Source: the human T2T-CHM13v2.0 reference genome, Homo sapiens. From it: a stretch of DNA of 64,000 nt. The notes below the pieces were generated by a model. That model was not told where the DNA came from and ran no database searches. It worked only from the letters and a program-made list of their open reading frames with translations. Where the stretch lies: assembly GCF_009914755.1 (NCBI RefSeq), contig NC_060931.1; one strand, given 5' to 3'. Numbering within the stretch: position 1 is the first letter of the stretch; each line of letters begins with the position of its first letter. This document shows, piece by piece, positions 61,345 to 64,000 of the stretch. The translations under genes and the position numbers were made by a program.

Positions 61345-64000
61345 AGGGCAATTCTGTAAGTTACCATAGATAGAGACAATTTCAGAACTCTACTGAAATT
61401 GGCCCAGGATCATGACTTTCCATCAGACCAATATTGGGCAGCCATTGACTTCCATTCTTTTCCTCAAGTATAACTTCTCACTGAGGCCTTTGACATACAG
61501 CAAAAAGCAGACAATCAGTGGGAGTACTTTGTGAGATGGTCTAGAGAATAAAATAGGATTCTCTGTTGTTGATTGAAACTGGATCCACATGCTTTGGTAA
61601 CCAGAGGAAATAGTGGTAAGTTTGACAATCTCTTAGGAAAAGTGAGTATATTCTTTAATCCTCACACCCCATCATTCCCTTCATAGCCACCATTTACACT
61701 ACATCACTCGCCTGTGGTTGGCAGCCATGACATGCCTGGAATGAAATATGAACCTGCTCTTCTTCCCACCAGCTTTATCCCAGGCTAAATACATCCACAA
61801 GGCCTTAGCCTCTGGCTCAGCATCAGGAGGAAAAGTAGCACCAAGACCATGCCCAGAAACAGCACAGTTGCCTTGGGGTTATCAGTCTGGCAAGTGAAAA
61901 TGAATCTTTTCAGAGGGCTCAGCCTTCCTTTGCAGGAGCTTATTCACTTTGAAGTAAATCTTCATAATCACTTTCTGTTTGATTTAGGAGAAGTTTGAAA
62001 GCTGTCAGTGAGTTCTGCAGAGATTAAAAAAAATGCTCATCAAGAAGGATGAGGAGCTCAGATGCTGCAGGTTGGGCTCATGGGGACTGACACTTAATGA
62101 CACTTCAGGCAGTAGAACGGTAGTAGATTTACTCTGAGGTTCTACTACTGAGGGCTACTCTTGGTCATCTGCTGTTTAACTGACTATACATATGAAATAT
62201 GAAAAATTTTGCACTTATTACTTGTGGCTGACATGTGTAATAAATAGGAAATAATTTCATGGAGATCTTTTTCTTAAATCTGGGACTAAGACTTATGCTA
62301 AGTATTACACAAAGCACATTTATTAGGTGCCTAGTTAATACTTCTGAAGTGTATGAATATATTTTTAAACAAAAATTTTTACAAGGGATATAATTCCTTT
62401 GCTAGCTCTGAACCTATTTCTTGATCTTTTTAATATTTCATTTTTAAAGGATTTATAGCCCCTGATATTTTCAAAAGAATATACAAAGGCAGAAAGCATA
62501 TTAAGTGAATTAAAAATCATAATATACACAGGTAAAAAGGAAATAAAGTATTAGTTAAGCATTGGATTTTTTTTCTAAATTTAAGGCAACAGGGCTAAAA
62601 AATTGTTTCTATTACCATGATTTTATATAACAACTAAAGAAAACATGCAAAATCATTTGCAGCGACAAACTTTTTTTTCGAATTATAACTCAAGTAAGAT
62701 TTTATTTTATGAGTGTTTGTATACAGACACACTGGAGTAATAGAGCTGGCATTGCGTACAATTTATAGAAATGCTATTTTAAAAGACTCCATATGAATAT
62801 TTTGTAAAGGTTAAGGCTTAACATTAAATTAAAACTCATGGAAAGCGTTTCAAGTTGGGAAGGGATCTGAGACAAGAGTCCAAATAAATGCCACGGGACT
62901 GATTCTCTCAAATATCTGACGGCATGTGCCACCCTCTAGCAGGTGTTGGGTGTTGGGGGTCAGTCAGTTAGTGATTGAATTCTCAAACAAGTACTTGTAG
63001 GACAAAAATTCTGTTCTTAATATAGAGTCACATGCTCAGGCCCAGCCCTAGGCTCAAAGAATCAGTCTCTAGGGGGAACAAAGGCCAGGAACCTATCTAT
63101 ATTTTTAGTAATGTTCTATTGGCAATTTTCAGGCTAGACATAGTTGGAAAGCAGTGCTTTAGGTCACAGTTTGGTTTATGGAGTTGCTTGGTTCAATTTA
63201 GTTTAGTTCAGGTTCTAAAAGTACCTCGACGGGTGGGACCTGCACTACTAACGAGAAAAAGTGAGACCAGAATAAAGCACAACAATGAAAAACTCTACCA
63301 ATGCCTTGTTTTTGTGCTGTTTCCTCCAACATTATTTGGTCATTGTTTTAACAATTGTGGAACACATTACCTTAAGAAAACTGTTTTAAAAACCCCATAT
63401 TTGGAGAATGCCTTCAGGGAAGATACCCCCATTCATCTCATTCCACGGTTCTGCTTTAATTACTTTATAGGAAAGAGAACCATGTTGTAACTGTAACTAT
63501 GAAGTAAAAATTTAAGCTCTAGAATTATGTTTTCATATAGAAAGCCAACTAGGTACATAGACAAGAGATAAAGCAACCATTTTCCTCAAAGGACTTCTAT
63601 GTATGCTTGACTGATTTCAAAATCCATTGCTATAAAACAGAAGATAAAATTTAATTCTGAAATTTTTAAGTTGGACTTTACAGCTCACTGTTTTTCCCCA
63701 TCTGCCTTTTACCTACTCCCACAGACTGCATCCATGTGTACATAGTTCTCCTTTAAAGCTATCCTTAAATTTAATTCTTACTAATCCAGGTATTCTAGCT
63801 AATTCTAGATATCACCTGTATAAAAGTGTTTCCAGGATTATGGGCGAAGAAGTTGAAAGGGGAATATGCTATGCAAAATGTGATTTATTCCACAGACTAT
63901 ACTTTTATAGGATTGAGGTAGGAAAAGCAAATCTGCCTCAACCTACAGATTAAAAATTAAAGATCAAAGTTTGTCTTGATAATAACTTTACCCAGGCAGG

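Noticed and set aside
63032-63490. 152-aa ATG-initiated ORF antisense to SGCE intron 5
   Set aside because: No recognisable domain, promoter or splice support; cannot be distinguished from chance without PhyloCSF or Ribo-seq

Overview
Eukaryotic, AT-rich, repeat-dense sequence that I recognise from its translated exons as the human CASD1-SGCE locus (7q21.3). The + strand carries the last two coding exons and 3'UTR of CASD1 (sialate O-acetyltransferase; 443-535, 1452-1718, UTR to ~2975). About 28 kb of intergenic DNA follows, made of Alu, L1, L2, MaLR/ERVL LTRs and two decayed ERVL pro-pol remnants. The - strand then carries the 3' half of SGCE (epsilon-sarcoglycan), convergent with CASD1: exons 6, 7, 8 (27 nt), 9, Alu-derived exon 10, 11, the 35-nt exon 11b with a GC donor, and dual-frame terminal exon 12. 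Exon numbers follow my recollection of the gene; exon boundaries were read from the sequence. I see no prokaryote-type system (no CRISPR array, operon or tRNA/rRNA), and most ORFs in the track are spurious repeat translations. The most interesting signals are the SGCE splicing architecture, a Pumilio-site cluster in the CASD1 3'UTR, and several duplication or templated-insertion scars. Repeat family names and most repeat boundaries are by eye and approximate.
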